Shown here: positions 24,329 to 34,337 of the stretch, one piece after another | How the letters are laid out: the number at the start of each line of letters is the position of its first letter | Position numbering within the stretch: position 1 is the first letter of the stretch | From: a virus | Virus record (IMG/VR): IMGVR_UViG_3300032456_000003 | Span: 1 to 60,712 of that record | DNA length: 60,712 nt | Strand: one strand, 5' to 3' | The notes under the pieces: model-generated | Told to the model about the DNA's origin: nothing | Database searches by the model: none | What the model saw: the letters and a program-made list of their open reading frames with translations, nothing else | Translations under genes and position numbers: made by a program

Positions 24329-25480
24329 TTACGCAGCCACCGCTTTGATGACCGAGAAGTTAATCACGCTGGCACTCGTGTCGGCAGTGGCCGAGTGCAA
24401 GTTGCTCAGGGTGATCTTGAACGATCCGGCCGCCACCGTGGAAACGTACGGGATCGACGCGCCCGTGACGGACGACGTTTTGAGACAGACGACCACGGTG
24501 TCCGTGGCGGCAACCGTGCTGTTGGTGACGGAAAACTCGGCCTCGGCACCGGCCGCCAGCGAAGCGGTTGCCGTCGTGATTGCCCCACACAGCTTGTCGA
24601 GGGTGACCCCGGTCGATCGGTCGGTTGCCTGAATGACCGCACCGCCTGCGCCGGTCGTGTAGCCAATGCCAGCCCCGGTAGCCCCCGAAGAGGTCAGACC
24701 GGCCGTAACCGCCAGGCTCACGCCAGTCGTTGCCTTGCCCAGCACGATCGATTCGCTGGAATTCGTCGTGACGAATTTCAGGAAGGAATTGCTTCCTTCC
24801 TTGATGTTCAGGGCGTCCGCGAGATTGTCCACCAGCGCGATGATGTTGTTTGCCGTCGTGCCCGCGAATCGCAGAGTCTTCTTGACGTCGATCGATTCGC
24901 TAGAATTGGTCGTGGTGAACGTCAGGTAGGCGTTAGCCCCCTCGACGATGCTGAGAGCATCGGCCAGGTTGTCCGGCATCACAATCGTGTTGCCGCCAGT
25001 GGCCCCGGCAAAGGTCAGCGTCGCCCCGTCAAAGGAGGAGTCGCCACGGATGCCAGCGTAAATCGGCCGCACCGTCACGCTTGTCGAGTTGATGAAGGCA
25101 TCCACCCAGCCGACCAGGATCGAGTTGGTGACGCCGCTGAAGGCGACTTCGTTGTTGAACAGGGCGTAAACCGCCCGCCCGATGTCCGTGATCGCCGCCG
25201 ACGCGATCTTCATCGTGAAGCGAAACGGCCGCTGGACGCTGACCTTCTTGCGCGGGTCGGTGTCGTCAGTCGTCGTCTCGATCGGCGGCGAGTTCGCCAC
25301 CAGGCCGTCGAATTGCAGGCCGGCCGTGCCGTCTTCGCACTTGACAGCATAGCCGGACGAATTGATGGCGATCATCGTGCCGGCGTAGTGGGTCGCGGCC
25401 ACGGCCGCGAGATCCCGATAGATTTTGTCGTCGCCCCATGCGACCGTTGCGCTTTCAGCTTTGCTCGTTGCGGTTGCCAC
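24329..25480 (-). CDS. head decoration protein with internal repeats
   Basis: The N-terminus resembles the DUF2190 decoration fold. The motif FAG.T..N.I....DNLADAL.I.EG.N..L.F.TTNSSESI occurs twice. It lies between the protease/scaffold and capsid genes. Confidence 0.55.
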   Translation of the reverse strand: MATATSKAESATVAWGDDKIYRDLAAVAATHYAGTMIAINSSGYAVKCEDGTAGLQFDGLVANSPPIETTTDDTDPRKKVSVQRPFRFTMKIASAAITDIGRAVYALFNNEVAFSGVTNSILVGWVDAFINSTSVTVRPIYAGIRGDSSFDGATLTFAGATGGNTIVMPDNLADALSIVEGANAYLTFTTTNSSESIDVKKTLRFAGTTANNIIALVDNLADALNIKEGSNSFLKFVTTNSSESIVLGKATTGVSLAVTAGLTSSGATGAGIGYTTGAGGAVIQATDRSTGVTLDKLCGAITTATASLAAGAEAEFSVTNSTVAATDTVVVCLKTSSVTGASIPYVSTVAAGSFKITLSNLHSATADTSASVINFSVIKAVAA

Positions 25481-25525
25481 CGTCAGACCCTCTTGCTCAT
25501 AGAGCCGGCCCGGCCGGCGAATGGA

Positions 25526-27061
25526 TTAGACGTTCAGATATTCGTCGGCCGTCATCTTCGGCTTGCGGCTGCGCTCGGCCTTGAAGCCAGCGACAAGCGA
25601 CTCCTTCGGCAGCTTGTTGCGCTCGAACTGTTCGGAAAACCGATCGTAGTGGGCCTCGATCTTTTCGACCTCGACATCATCGCCGGCACCGTCCTTGCCG
25701 CTCGACGGGATGTGCTCGCCGAACCGCATCAGCACCGGACGCGCGTGAAGGATGCGCAGAGCGTTGTCGAGCGGGGTCAGGCTCACCACCTTCAAACCAT
25801 CGGAGAACTTCTCGACCCGCTCCGCGTCCAGGGCGTAGAGCGAGTCGTCCAGGCCAGTCTTCCGTTCGGCCGGCGACACCCGGCCCTGCGCCACCAGCGA
25901 ATCAACTTCGCCCTTGATGCGGGCCTTCTTTTCGGCGAGCAAGCGCAAGCGGCTCGTGGTCTCGATCGCGGCCAAACGTTTCTCGGCCTTGGCGTACCGT
26001 TCGGAGAACTTCTTCATCTCCGGATCGTTGTCGTCGGTTTTCTCGTCGTCGTCCGAGTCGGGATCGTCGCTCATCTTGCACATGCTTGCGTATTTGCGGT
26101 ACTTCGCCTTGTGGTAGGCCGCAAACTTTTGCGGCGGTGCCCCTTCTTCGGGCTGCACCTCGTCGGGATTTTCCTGGGCCGGGTCGGGGGTCTTTTCCTC
26201 GACCGGCGTGACCGTCATATCGTCCGGCATTTTCGGCTCCTTGGATTGCTGTTCCTGCGCGGCGTTCGCCTGCGTCACCTGATCGCGCAAGTCGGATACC
26301 ACCCGCAGGACTTCCGCGATTGCCTGCGGCTTCACGTTCGCCATCGCGTCCGTGTTCAATCCGCACTCGCGCAGTTTGTTCAGGACTTCTTCGGGGGTCA
26401 TCGGACGCACCTCGCTGAACGCCACATAACTACCCGACTCCGCACGCCTCAACAACTTGCCCGGCTCCAGCGTCACCGGGAACCAGAGCCGGCTGTCGCC
26501 CGATTCGCTGTGCGGGATCGGGATGTCCTCCAACGTCTTTATCTGGGGGATTTCTCCACCCAGAAAAGCCACCCGGCGAAGCATTTTTTTCTTTGTTCCG
26601 GCGCTGGCCAGTCCGGCCGGATGCAAGTCGTAAATCTCGGAGGAAACCGTCCGGTAGCGTCGGCCCACGATCAGGCGCATCACCTTCGGATGCACGTCCA
26701 CTAATCGGGCGAGCAAGATGTCGTCTTCGCGCCAGATCAGTTCAACCCAGGCCGCAGCCGGGATGCCCTTCTGCTGGAGCAGCGACTGCTCGTCTGCCTC
26801 GTCGTGTCCCAGCACGACCGGAACGTTGAGCCGGCCCTGCCGGGTTGCCGGTTTGCCGTTTGTCCCGATCGAATATCGGTTGAATGCGGCAATGATGTCG
26901 TCGAGGTCGGATCGCGTGTACGATTTTCCCCGATGCAATCCGGCGGAAAAGATCTCCACGCGAGGCAGCACGTTGGATGCCTCGCTGAATCTTGTCGCCA
27001 GTTGGATCGGGTTATTGCTCATGGCTACCCATACTACCCGGATCGCGAATCCGGGCTGCAT
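25526..27061 (-). CDS. prohead protease/scaffold protein, Mu gpI-like
   Basis: VPVVLGHDE...GIPAAAWVELIW...VGRRYRTVSSEIY matches the Mu-like I protein pattern. The C-terminal half is acidic and helical, like a scaffold. An alternative start is at 27022. Confidence 0.6.
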   Translation of the reverse strand: MQPGFAIRVVWVAMSNNPIQLATRFSEASNVLPRVEIFSAGLHRGKSYTRSDLDDIIAAFNRYSIGTNGKPATRQGRLNVPVVLGHDEADEQSLLQQKGIPAAAWVELIWREDDILLARLVDVHPKVMRLIVGRRYRTVSSEIYDLHPAGLASAGTKKKMLRRVAFLGGEIPQIKTLEDIPIPHSESGDSRLWFPVTLEPGKLLRRAESGSYVAFSEVRPMTPEEVLNKLRECGLNTDAMANVKPQAIAEVLRVVSDLRDQVTQANAAQEQQSKEPKMPDDMTVTPVEEKTPDPAQENPDEVQPEEGAPPQKFAAYHKAKYRKYASMCKMSDDPDSDDDEKTDDNDPEMKKFSERYAKAEKRLAAIETTSRLRLLAEKKARIKGEVDSLVAQGRVSPAERKTGLDDSLYALDAERVEKFSDGLKVVSLTPLDNALRILHARPVLMRFGEHIPSSGKDGAGDDVEVEKIEAHYDRFSEQFERNKLPKESLVAGFKAERSRKPKMTADEYLNV

Positions 27062-27064
27062 GGA

Positions 27065-29893
27065 TCAAACTTCCGTGATGTCGCGGTTGCCGAGTTGGTG
27101 TATCCTGCGGCACGCTTTAGCCAGAGCTTTTGCGTTTGCCAGCACATCGTTTGCCTCGTCGATGAACCCGTCCTCGTCCGCCTGCGGGTTGGCTTTGTTC
27201 TGCGAGTGGAACGACTCGGCCTCGCGAATCACATCCTGTGCGAGTGCGGCCAGTTCTTTCGGGGAAATCGGTGTTAGCTTGCTGCTGTGGGCATGGCTTG
27301 TGGCGCGAAGTGCGGCACGCAGATCGTCGATGGCCGCAACGTAATTTTCTCCGCCTGGGTACTCGTCCTGGCCACTGACCCCAACATCTTCATCCATCAG
27401 ACCTTTTCGATGGTCGTCGGACTTCTCCCACTCACTTGCGACTCGTTCGTTGTGATCGTCCTTGACCTGTTCCAACTGGCCAGCGTGCTTCTTGTGGTTT
27501 CCGGCGTGGGCCTTCTCGGCCTTTTCCTTTGCCCGCTCGTGTTTGTCTTCGTACTTTCCCTGCAAGGCGTCGTGAGCCTCGCCGGCCTCTTCCCTGTGGG
27601 CCTCGATCTTCTCGTTGGCGGACGCGATGGCCTCGTCCCTGTCGTTGTCCATATCGGCGATGTCGAGTTCGTGGTCCGCTGTGTCGGCTTCGATTTGCTC
27701 GTTGCGTTCCTCGGCCTTGGCACCGGCCTTGAGTTTCGCGCGCACGTCCGGGGTCATGATCTTCACCCCGCTCTCATTTTCGCAATCCTCGATAATGTCG
27801 ATGAGGTCCGAAGCCAAATTCTTCGACGGGTCGAGCAATTCGGCCGAGGTCGTTCGGTGTGCTTCGGGGAACGACGCCGCGTAGGCCTCCATCTCCGGGT
27901 GAGCCGCCAGATGCTGTACCGCTTCGCCTGCCGCCTTGATCGTCGCGAGGTTCGTTTCCGTCTCCGTCTTCATCGCGGCAATCTTGTCGCGCAACTTCTG
28001 CTGCTTGACCTTGATCGCGCCGACCGCCTTCTTGCCCTTCGTCTTTTCCTTGCTGATCTTTTCGTTCGCTTTGGCGGTGACCGCCTTCCGCTTTTCCTTA
28101 TGTTCGCCGGCGATCTTCGTGCGTTCCTCGCGATGGCTGGCGCGAACTGCGTCCTTGCCCTCCTGGTGGGACTTGCGGACGCCGGCCACCTTGTCCCGGT
28201 GCCCAGCCATTGCCCCGCCCGATCCGGATGCGAACTTGCCGCCTTCGGCGCGGTGGTGCTTTTCTTCTTCCCACTCGGCGAAGAGTTCCAGGTCGAGTTC
28301 ACCGCCGTCGTCGATGTCGTCCCACTCCTCCGCGAACTGACCGAACGGCTTCCTCGTCTTGCCCGAGTTGCCCTTGCCGCGGACTCGCACGTTGTCCCAG
28401 AGCCAGGTGCCCTTGCTGTCCGAATTCATCATCGAATCGGCCTCGTCTGGCGAGACGTGGCTGTAGGCGTACCGCTTGCCATTGAGGTACACCACCAGCA
28501 GGACGTTCTCCCGCGAGTCGTAGTTGACCCAGTCCACGTTGGAGCTGGCCACATGCTCCCAGTGCTTGCCAGAGTTCCAGTGTTCGGCGTGGGCTGCCGC
28601 CTGCTCGTCTGGCACCGGCGGCGTGTATCCGTCGATCCACTCCGCGATTTCCTCGGGCGTCACCTCATCAGCCAGGTCTTCGCCGTCCGGTTCTTTCGCA
28701 AACACTTCGTCCGCTGCCTGCATCGCGAAAGCAGAATCGTGAGTGAGGTCGAACGCGCCACAGAACAGGGCGTACCACCAGTCAGCACCCTTGCCCGCGT
28801 CCTCCATCCGCTCCAGCAGTTCGCCCATGAGCTTCTTGCCGACCAGCGGTTCGGGTCCGGACTCGGCATGAGCATGGACCTTACCACGACGGGCGTCGTC
28901 GGTCGTCTTGTCCTTCGGGCCGGCATTGTGGTAGATCTGCTGGGCACGGGTCTTGTAGCCCAGCCACGGCACCATACTCAACAACGTCTTGCTGGCCGCT
29001 TTGGCCATCGACAGCGGAGCGCGGAATCCCGAGTATACACAGTAGGAAAGGCTTGCCGTTGGCATGCAAAACCCGATCTTGGCGAGGCCGAATCCGAGCC
29101 AGCCGTCGAGATGATAAACCTCGTGCAAAATCTCGTGAGCGAGAGGAATGTTTGCGACCCACGACGCGATCCCGTCGAATGTGCGGCAGCCCTCGCCGAC
29201 CCGCAAGACGTGCTCATCCCCGAGGCCGCGTTCGTGAGCCACCTGCATCGCCAGCCGCTGCGTCAGTTCCTTGCCCTTTTCGAGGATGTTGTGATCGAGC
29301 CAGCCGTACAGGGCGGCGGCACCGTCCACGACAGTCTTGCCCTTCGCAGGCAGCGCGTCGTAGGTTTTCTTGCCGACCCAACTGAGAGCCTTGCCGACCA
29401 TGCCGACCGCTTCTTTGAGCGCGCCGAGGATCTTCGCTCGCTCCTTCTTGATGCGGTCGGGATCGCGGGCCAGGCCGACGAGGTGACTGTGCTTGTCGCC
29501 CTGCGTCACGTCCGCCCAGTCCGGCACGGGTCCGTGGTCGTCATCGGATTCCTTGATCGACTTCTTGCGCTGGTTGGTCTTCCAGTCGCTGGCCTCCTTG
29601 ACCGTCTCTTTCTTGCCTGCGTCTTTCTTGCCTGCCCCGCCACCGGAGCCGAATCGACCGCCAGCGCCGCGTTTGTGCTTCGACTCTTCCCATTCATGCT
29701 CGTCGAACTTTTGCGACATTGCGGCGTTGATGTTGGCGGGGTCCGCGATCCATTCGGCAAGGTCGGCAAGGTCGGCATGGCCGTCGCCGTGCAACCCATC
29801 CTCCTCACCTTCGCCGTGCGCGAGTCCGGCGTTGAGCATGGCGAGTAGTGCGGCCTGGCGCACGTCGGGAGAGTCTTCAGTGGTCGCTGGCAT
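27065..29893 (-). CDS. large virion-associated polyvalent protein with KTSC domain (942 aa)
   Basis: Trimmed to the ATG at 29893, which has a GAGGAGGG SD. SSNVDWVNYDSRENVLLVVYLNGKRYAYSHVSPDEADSMMNSDSKG resembles a KTSC domain. A long K/E/A-rich helical region follows. Confidence 0.55.
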   Translation of the reverse strand: MPATTEDSPDVRQAALLAMLNAGLAHGEGEEDGLHGDGHADLADLAEWIADPANINAAMSQKFDEHEWEESKHKRGAGGRFGSGGGAGKKDAGKKETVKEASDWKTNQRKKSIKESDDDHGPVPDWADVTQGDKHSHLVGLARDPDRIKKERAKILGALKEAVGMVGKALSWVGKKTYDALPAKGKTVVDGAAALYGWLDHNILEKGKELTQRLAMQVAHERGLGDEHVLRVGEGCRTFDGIASWVANIPLAHEILHEVYHLDGWLGFGLAKIGFCMPTASLSYCVYSGFRAPLSMAKAASKTLLSMVPWLGYKTRAQQIYHNAGPKDKTTDDARRGKVHAHAESGPEPLVGKKLMGELLERMEDAGKGADWWYALFCGAFDLTHDSAFAMQAADEVFAKEPDGEDLADEVTPEEIAEWIDGYTPPVPDEQAAAHAEHWNSGKHWEHVASSNVDWVNYDSRENVLLVVYLNGKRYAYSHVSPDEADSMMNSDSKGTWLWDNVRVRGKGNSGKTRKPFGQFAEEWDDIDDGGELDLELFAEWEEEKHHRAEGGKFASGSGGAMAGHRDKVAGVRKSHQEGKDAVRASHREERTKIAGEHKEKRKAVTAKANEKISKEKTKGKKAVGAIKVKQQKLRDKIAAMKTETETNLATIKAAGEAVQHLAAHPEMEAYAASFPEAHRTTSAELLDPSKNLASDLIDIIEDCENESGVKIMTPDVRAKLKAGAKAEERNEQIEADTADHELDIADMDNDRDEAIASANEKIEAHREEAGEAHDALQGKYEDKHERAKEKAEKAHAGNHKKHAGQLEQVKDDHNERVASEWEKSDDHRKGLMDEDVGVSGQDEYPGGENYVAAIDDLRAALRATSHAHSSKLTPISPKELAALAQDVIREAESFHSQNKANPQADEDGFIDEANDVLANAKALAKACRRIHQLGNRDITEV

Positions 29894-30194
29894 CGTTGTC
29901 GCCCTCCTCATCGGCCATCGGGTCGCGCACGCGGTCGGGATGGACTTCGGCCACGGCGTCCAGCGCGCGGGCTGCCTCGACCAGCCCGCCGACCCCGTAG
30001 GCCCGCTGATCAAGCGGGTAGAACATGCGGAACGCTTCCGGTGTGAAGTGGGCCAGGAACGGCTGGATTATTTCGTTGCCGCACTCCCACGTCCCGTCAT
30101 CCTTGAGGACCGCCGTCCACTTCCCGCCGTGGAACTCTCCGGTCAGCCGGCCGATGATGTTTTTGGGCAGACTCGCGTTTAGCTTTAGCGTCAT
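29877..30194 (-). CDS. hypothetical protein (105 aa)
   Basis: ORF starting 3 nt after the portal stop. Its C-terminus is acidic. Confidence 0.45.
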   Translation of the reverse strand: MTLKLNASLPKNIIGRLTGEFHGGKWTAVLKDDGTWECGNEIIQPFLAHFTPEAFRMFYPLDQRAYGVGGLVEAARALDAVAEVHPDRVRDPMADEEGDNDASDH

Positions 30195-30197
30195 GAC

Positions 30198-33100
30198 TTA
30201 CCCCCTGATCCGGCCGTGAAGAAGGCCGATAACGAACTGACACAACTCGGGGTCATTTTGGGCCAGTCCGGCCGGGTCTTCGACGAGCTTCTGCATCGTC
30301 ATGCTCAGCAACTCGGAATTCCCGGAAGGGTAGGTCTTGCCGACGTACCACGACGCATGCTTGCCGAATGTCTTCTCGAAGTCGTCCTGCCTGCCCATTT
30401 CGCTGTCGGCGTAGCCGTCGCTGACCACGTCCTTTAGTTTCCTGGGCTGCTCGTTGCCGCACCGCTTTTCGAGGAACGCCGCGAGCGCCTCTTTGATGCC
30501 TGGCTGCGACTCCAGGTGGTGGCAGAGTTCGTGGACGTGTACGGATACCGGGTCGCTTGGTTCGCAATGGACGGTCTGCGTCTTTGCATCGTAGTGGGCG
30601 CGTCCGCCCGTCGGCAGCTCTTCGATGGAGACGCTCATGTCCTGGCCAGCAGTGATCGCCCCGAGGAGGGATGCCGCAGCCTGAGCCTTCTTGTTCGTCG
30701 CGTCTCCGACCTTCCCCTTTATCGTCAAAGAAACCTTGCTTGGTTTATCGACGGACAGGGCGGACTGGACGGTCTTGAAACTCTCCTTTTGAGCTTCATC
30801 GTGCGCACGTTGGAGTGCAGGAAGTTGCTCCTTGAGGCGGTCAACTTCCTTGTGCATTTCTTCAGCCTTGTCCGGGTCTTCCGTTTTGAAAACCTTTGCA
30901 AACACCGTTCTAATTTTTCGCTGGTGGTCATCGACCATCTTTTTAGCCGTCGCCTCGCGTTTGCCGGTGGCCAGTTTCGCGACGAGATCCCGGCTCTTGT
31001 GGTCGTCTTTCATGCCGGCCTCGACCTTCGACCACGAATCGCCAGTCCCGGCAGGTTTTTTCGCTTCGGGTTGCGGCCCCGCTTCCGGCTTCTTCACTTC
31101 CGGTGCCGGTTTCTTCTCGCCCGGTGTGTGGAACGTTGCCTTGCCGCCCTGGATCTCGACCTGCCGCCCCTCCGGATCTCCCTTGAGCAAGTACGTCCCG
31201 TCCTTGAGCTTCATGCCATCGACCTTCTTCAACGCGGCTGCGTCCGTCTGTTCCTTCGTCGCCTTCTGCGCGACGGGCTTGACCGGCGCAAGGAGTGGCT
31301 CAGGCGTCGCCTTCTGCGCGACGGGCTTCTTCTCAGCACCCGGCTCGACGTAGTATTTCTGCTCCATGTCCAACGGGATCGTGTGCTGGACATCCTCATC
31401 CGGCATATCGTTCTGCGACTGGGTGTACGCACCCAGTTTGACCGCTCCTTGCTGTTGCAAATGGACCATCGCCTGCGAGAACGAATCCGTCGTCATCCCA
31501 GGAAACTTGCCAGCGATCTCCTTGAACAAATCCTTGAGCGTGGTCCTTGCCGGCCCCTTCCGTTTTGCCAGGCTCCCGGAGACTGAGTCCGCGAAGTTCT
31601 TCTCGTCCACACCTTCCGGCATACCCTTGTACCCGCGTGGATTGGAGTTTTGGTTTCCCGAATAAATCGAGTTGTCACGCCACTCCTTGCGCCGATCGCC
31701 AACCGACTTCTCGCCAACCGACTTCTCGGCGACCGGCGCAAGGAGTGGCTCAGGTGTCGGAGTCGCGTCCGGCTTCTTCTCGCCCTTGCCCTTGCTGGCC
31801 ATAAAAGCCTTGAGGATGCGGTCTGCAAGTTCGTGCGTCTTACCGTTTGCCTTCTCGCCAACTTCCTTCGCCAGCGCCTGAAGATCCTTGTACTTCGCCT
31901 TGCCCAGGATGTTCGCGGCTTGCTCGGGCGTCGAACCTTCCTTGTGCAATTGCCCCAGCAAGCCACCCTGTTCGCCCTCAGCAGGCGTCGGGGCTGGCGC
32001 TGGCGTCTTGGTAGCCTTTTTGGCCGCAGGCGTCTTCTTGCCAGCGCCAGGGGCCGTAGGAGGCGTAACGCCAGGGACGGGGGGCGGCTTGACCGCCCCC
32101 ACCGGGGCGACCGGAGAAACAGGCGCGGGACCGTCGCCCGCCTGTTTCTTCGCCCTGCCCTTGCCCTTGCCGCCCGGATTCTCCTTGCTGTACTCGATGC
32201 GGCCAGTCTTCGCGTTCTTCCAGCGGTTCTGGCTCCGAGCCGAGGGGTCGTGCGTCCAGTCCTCTTCCGCAAACCGCTGGAACGCGGATTCCGAGAACTG
32301 CAATGCCGAGAGCATCCCGCCCGCGCCATCGCCCGCGTCGTCCGGTGGAGCATCAGCCGGTGGCGATTCGGGTGGTGCCCCTGGCGTCGGAGGTCCGCCG
32401 GCCCCAGGCGCACCGCCAGGCGCGGGCGGCTGGCCCAGTGCGTCGTCAGGATCGTCTTCGTCTGGCGGGGTCCGGCTGTACTTCTCGTAGAGCGCACTCT
32501 TCGAGAGCTTCATCCCCATCGCGATCAGGGACTGATCCAACTGCGCCTCTTGAAGCAGATCGCCAGAGTCCACGGCGCTGAGCACCGCACGCGGGTATCG
32601 CGTGGTGACGTAATTGAGGTCCACCAGATCGCGAATCAGGCCGTTGTCGCGGTCGTTGAGCAGCACCTCTAGACAGCGAGCCAGGTACCAGCGGAAGAGA
32701 TCGGACGTGGATTTGTGGACGGCGCTGCTGCCCCGCATGGCCCCGTCTTGGCCCGTCAGCGCTTGCAGCGTCGCCCCCTGGATCGCAAGAAAGATGTCCT
32801 CCTTGAGGTCCGCCACCGCAGCGGCAAACATACCGTCTGCCGCTCCAGCAATGTTCAGCGCCTGGATCTGCACGCCCTTCGGGACGCTGAACCACGACTG
32901 AGATCGCGCCGAAGCAAGGGCAGCTTCGAGGCTGGGTTTCTGGGCGGTCGTCTCGTACTCGCCGTAAAGGACCGGCAGCGCCCGCTTCTCCAACCCCATC
33001 GCCCGGAGCTTCAGGACGGTGTCCAGCATCCACCAGCGGCCGTAAGCGGCCCGCAGATCGCTCATGCCCACTGGCGAACCGTACATGGGCATGTGCGTGA

Positions 33101-33842
33101 AGATCACGAAGTTGGCGGGCGAATAAACTTCGCCCGCGTTGTAGCGAATGGTTTTCACGCCGACCACATTGCGATATTGGTCGGTTTCGAGCACCACGTC
33201 CCGGCCGGTGTCCTTCGGCTTCAGTGCGGAGAGAATGTAGCTGCCGGCATAATCGCCGTCCGGCTCGTGGCGGATCACCTTCTCGCAGACCGAATAGCCG
33301 TCCACAAGCCCGCCCGACAGGATCGCCCACGCCACTTCAGGGAAGCATCCCTGCACTCGCTCGACGAGGTTCCAGCGGACAAACTCCGCGATCTCTTCGT
33401 CACGCGGGTCCGTGTTCTTCTTCGAGCGCTGGCCCTTCTGCTTGGCCGCGATTACGTTCAAATCGAGGGCACAGATCGAGAGGAGCTTGCCAAAGAGCGC
33501 GGCCTTGACGTTGGGGTCTGCTACCATGCGGCGGTAGGCCAGCCGCATGATTGAAGTTTCCTGGGTGTAGTTGTCGACGTAAGGCTCGAACCAAGGGAAG
33601 ATAATCCCACTCGGCCCGGACTTCACTCTCTCGGATGTGATCTCTTCTTCGGCTTGCGTGCCAACTGCCGATTGCTTGCCGAGCCAGCCGCCGAAGGCGG
33701 TGCGAAGCCAGTTCAGGATGCCGGACGACGGCTCGTAGATTTGCCGGTCGGGCATACGTTCGTCGCGCGTGGCAACGGCCTGCGGGCCGCGCGGCGCGTT
33801 TTCCTTCCCGCCCAACCAGGAGAGCCAGCCGGCCATTGCCAC
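30198..33842 (-). CDS. portal protein (Mu gp29/DUF935-like) fused to a long Pro/Lys-rich linker and an HExxH MuF-like C-terminal domain
   Basis: 1214 aa. The N-terminal ~470 aa are portal-like and sit downstream of the terminase genes (one small ORF, 33879-34313, intervenes). The middle holds low-complexity PAPGGAPGAGGPPTPGAPP and KKP repeats. The C-terminus carries SVHVHELCHHLE (HExxH). Confidence 0.7.
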   Translation of the reverse strand: MAMAGWLSWLGGKENAPRGPQAVATRDERMPDRQIYEPSSGILNWLRTAFGGWLGKQSAVGTQAEEEITSERVKSGPSGIIFPWFEPYVDNYTQETSIMRLAYRRMVADPNVKAALFGKLLSICALDLNVIAAKQKGQRSKKNTDPRDEEIAEFVRWNLVERVQGCFPEVAWAILSGGLVDGYSVCEKVIRHEPDGDYAGSYILSALKPKDTGRDVVLETDQYRNVVGVKTIRYNAGEVYSPANFVIFTHMPMYGSPVGMSDLRAAYGRWWMLDTVLKLRAMGLEKRALPVLYGEYETTAQKPSLEAALASARSQSWFSVPKGVQIQALNIAGAADGMFAAAVADLKEDIFLAIQGATLQALTGQDGAMRGSSAVHKSTSDLFRWYLARCLEVLLNDRDNGLIRDLVDLNYVTTRYPRAVLSAVDSGDLLQEAQLDQSLIAMGMKLSKSALYEKYSRTPPDEDDPDDALGQPPAPGGAPGAGGPPTPGAPPESPPADAPPDDAGDGAGGMLSALQFSESAFQRFAEEDWTHDPSARSQNRWKNAKTGRIEYSKENPGGKGKGRAKKQAGDGPAPVSPVAPVGAVKPPPVPGVTPPTAPGAGKKTPAAKKATKTPAPAPTPAEGEQGGLLGQLHKEGSTPEQAANILGKAKYKDLQALAKEVGEKANGKTHELADRILKAFMASKGKGEKKPDATPTPEPLLAPVAEKSVGEKSVGDRRKEWRDNSIYSGNQNSNPRGYKGMPEGVDEKNFADSVSGSLAKRKGPARTTLKDLFKEIAGKFPGMTTDSFSQAMVHLQQQGAVKLGAYTQSQNDMPDEDVQHTIPLDMEQKYYVEPGAEKKPVAQKATPEPLLAPVKPVAQKATKEQTDAAALKKVDGMKLKDGTYLLKGDPEGRQVEIQGGKATFHTPGEKKPAPEVKKPEAGPQPEAKKPAGTGDSWSKVEAGMKDDHKSRDLVAKLATGKREATAKKMVDDHQRKIRTVFAKVFKTEDPDKAEEMHKEVDRLKEQLPALQRAHDEAQKESFKTVQSALSVDKPSKVSLTIKGKVGDATNKKAQAAASLLGAITAGQDMSVSIEELPTGGRAHYDAKTQTVHCEPSDPVSVHVHELCHHLESQPGIKEALAAFLEKRCGNEQPRKLKDVVSDGYADSEMGRQDDFEKTFGKHASWYVGKTYPSGNSELLSMTMQKLVEDPAGLAQNDPELCQFVIGLLHGRIRG

Positions 33843-33878
33843 ACCCTCTGAGATGCAGGTGAATTAGACAGCCGCCGA

Positions 33879-34313
33879 TTATCCAGAAATGGCCTTCCCG
33901 CTTACATGGATCGGCGCGTAAAGTTCTCTGGCCACTCCGAGCCGGATGAGAAGTGGGTCGTCGGCAAAAACGCCTGCTTCGATTGCGTCCTTGAGATGCA
34001 CCGACCCGCGTAGCAGGATCGTTGCAAGTTGGCGTTTGATGTAATCGGCCAGCCTGGACTCGTCCTCGCTCTTGTCCCACGGGCAGCAGAACGTGCTTTC
34101 GTTGTTGACATCGATCATCAAACGCGGCCTTTCACCGGATGCGTCGATGCAGAAAAGAGAAACCTTGTCGGGATCATCTTCGACGACAAGGAACAGGCCG
34201 TCGTGGATATGCACGCTGGCACGTCCAGAATGCTCGCCCTCGTAAAAACAGCTTGACACCACCGATTCGATGCCGACCATCCTCACGTTCGGCACCACGA
34301 TTTGCTTTGCCAT
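33879..34313 (-). CDS. hypothetical protein (144 aa)
   Basis: ORF between the terminase nuclease gene and the portal gene. Confidence 0.45.
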   Translation of the reverse strand: MAKQIVVPNVRMVGIESVVSSCFYEGEHSGRASVHIHDGLFLVVEDDPDKVSLFCIDASGERPRLMIDVNNESTFCCPWDKSEDESRLADYIKRQLATILLRGSVHLKDAIEAGVFADDPLLIRLGVARELYAPIHVSGKAISG

Positions 34314-34337
34314 ATTCCCTCCCTTTGATTGTCTCGC

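Noticed and set aside
24395-26704. Very long plus-strand ORFs (24395-26704 of 769 aa; 27287-29848 of 853 aa; 17486-19177; 9747-11267; 21424-22752).
   Set aside because: They lie entirely antisense to minus-strand ORFs that carry recognisable phage motifs. Their translations are Arg/Gly/Pro/His-rich and low in complexity, and they have no SD. These are typical shadow ORFs of GC-rich DNA.
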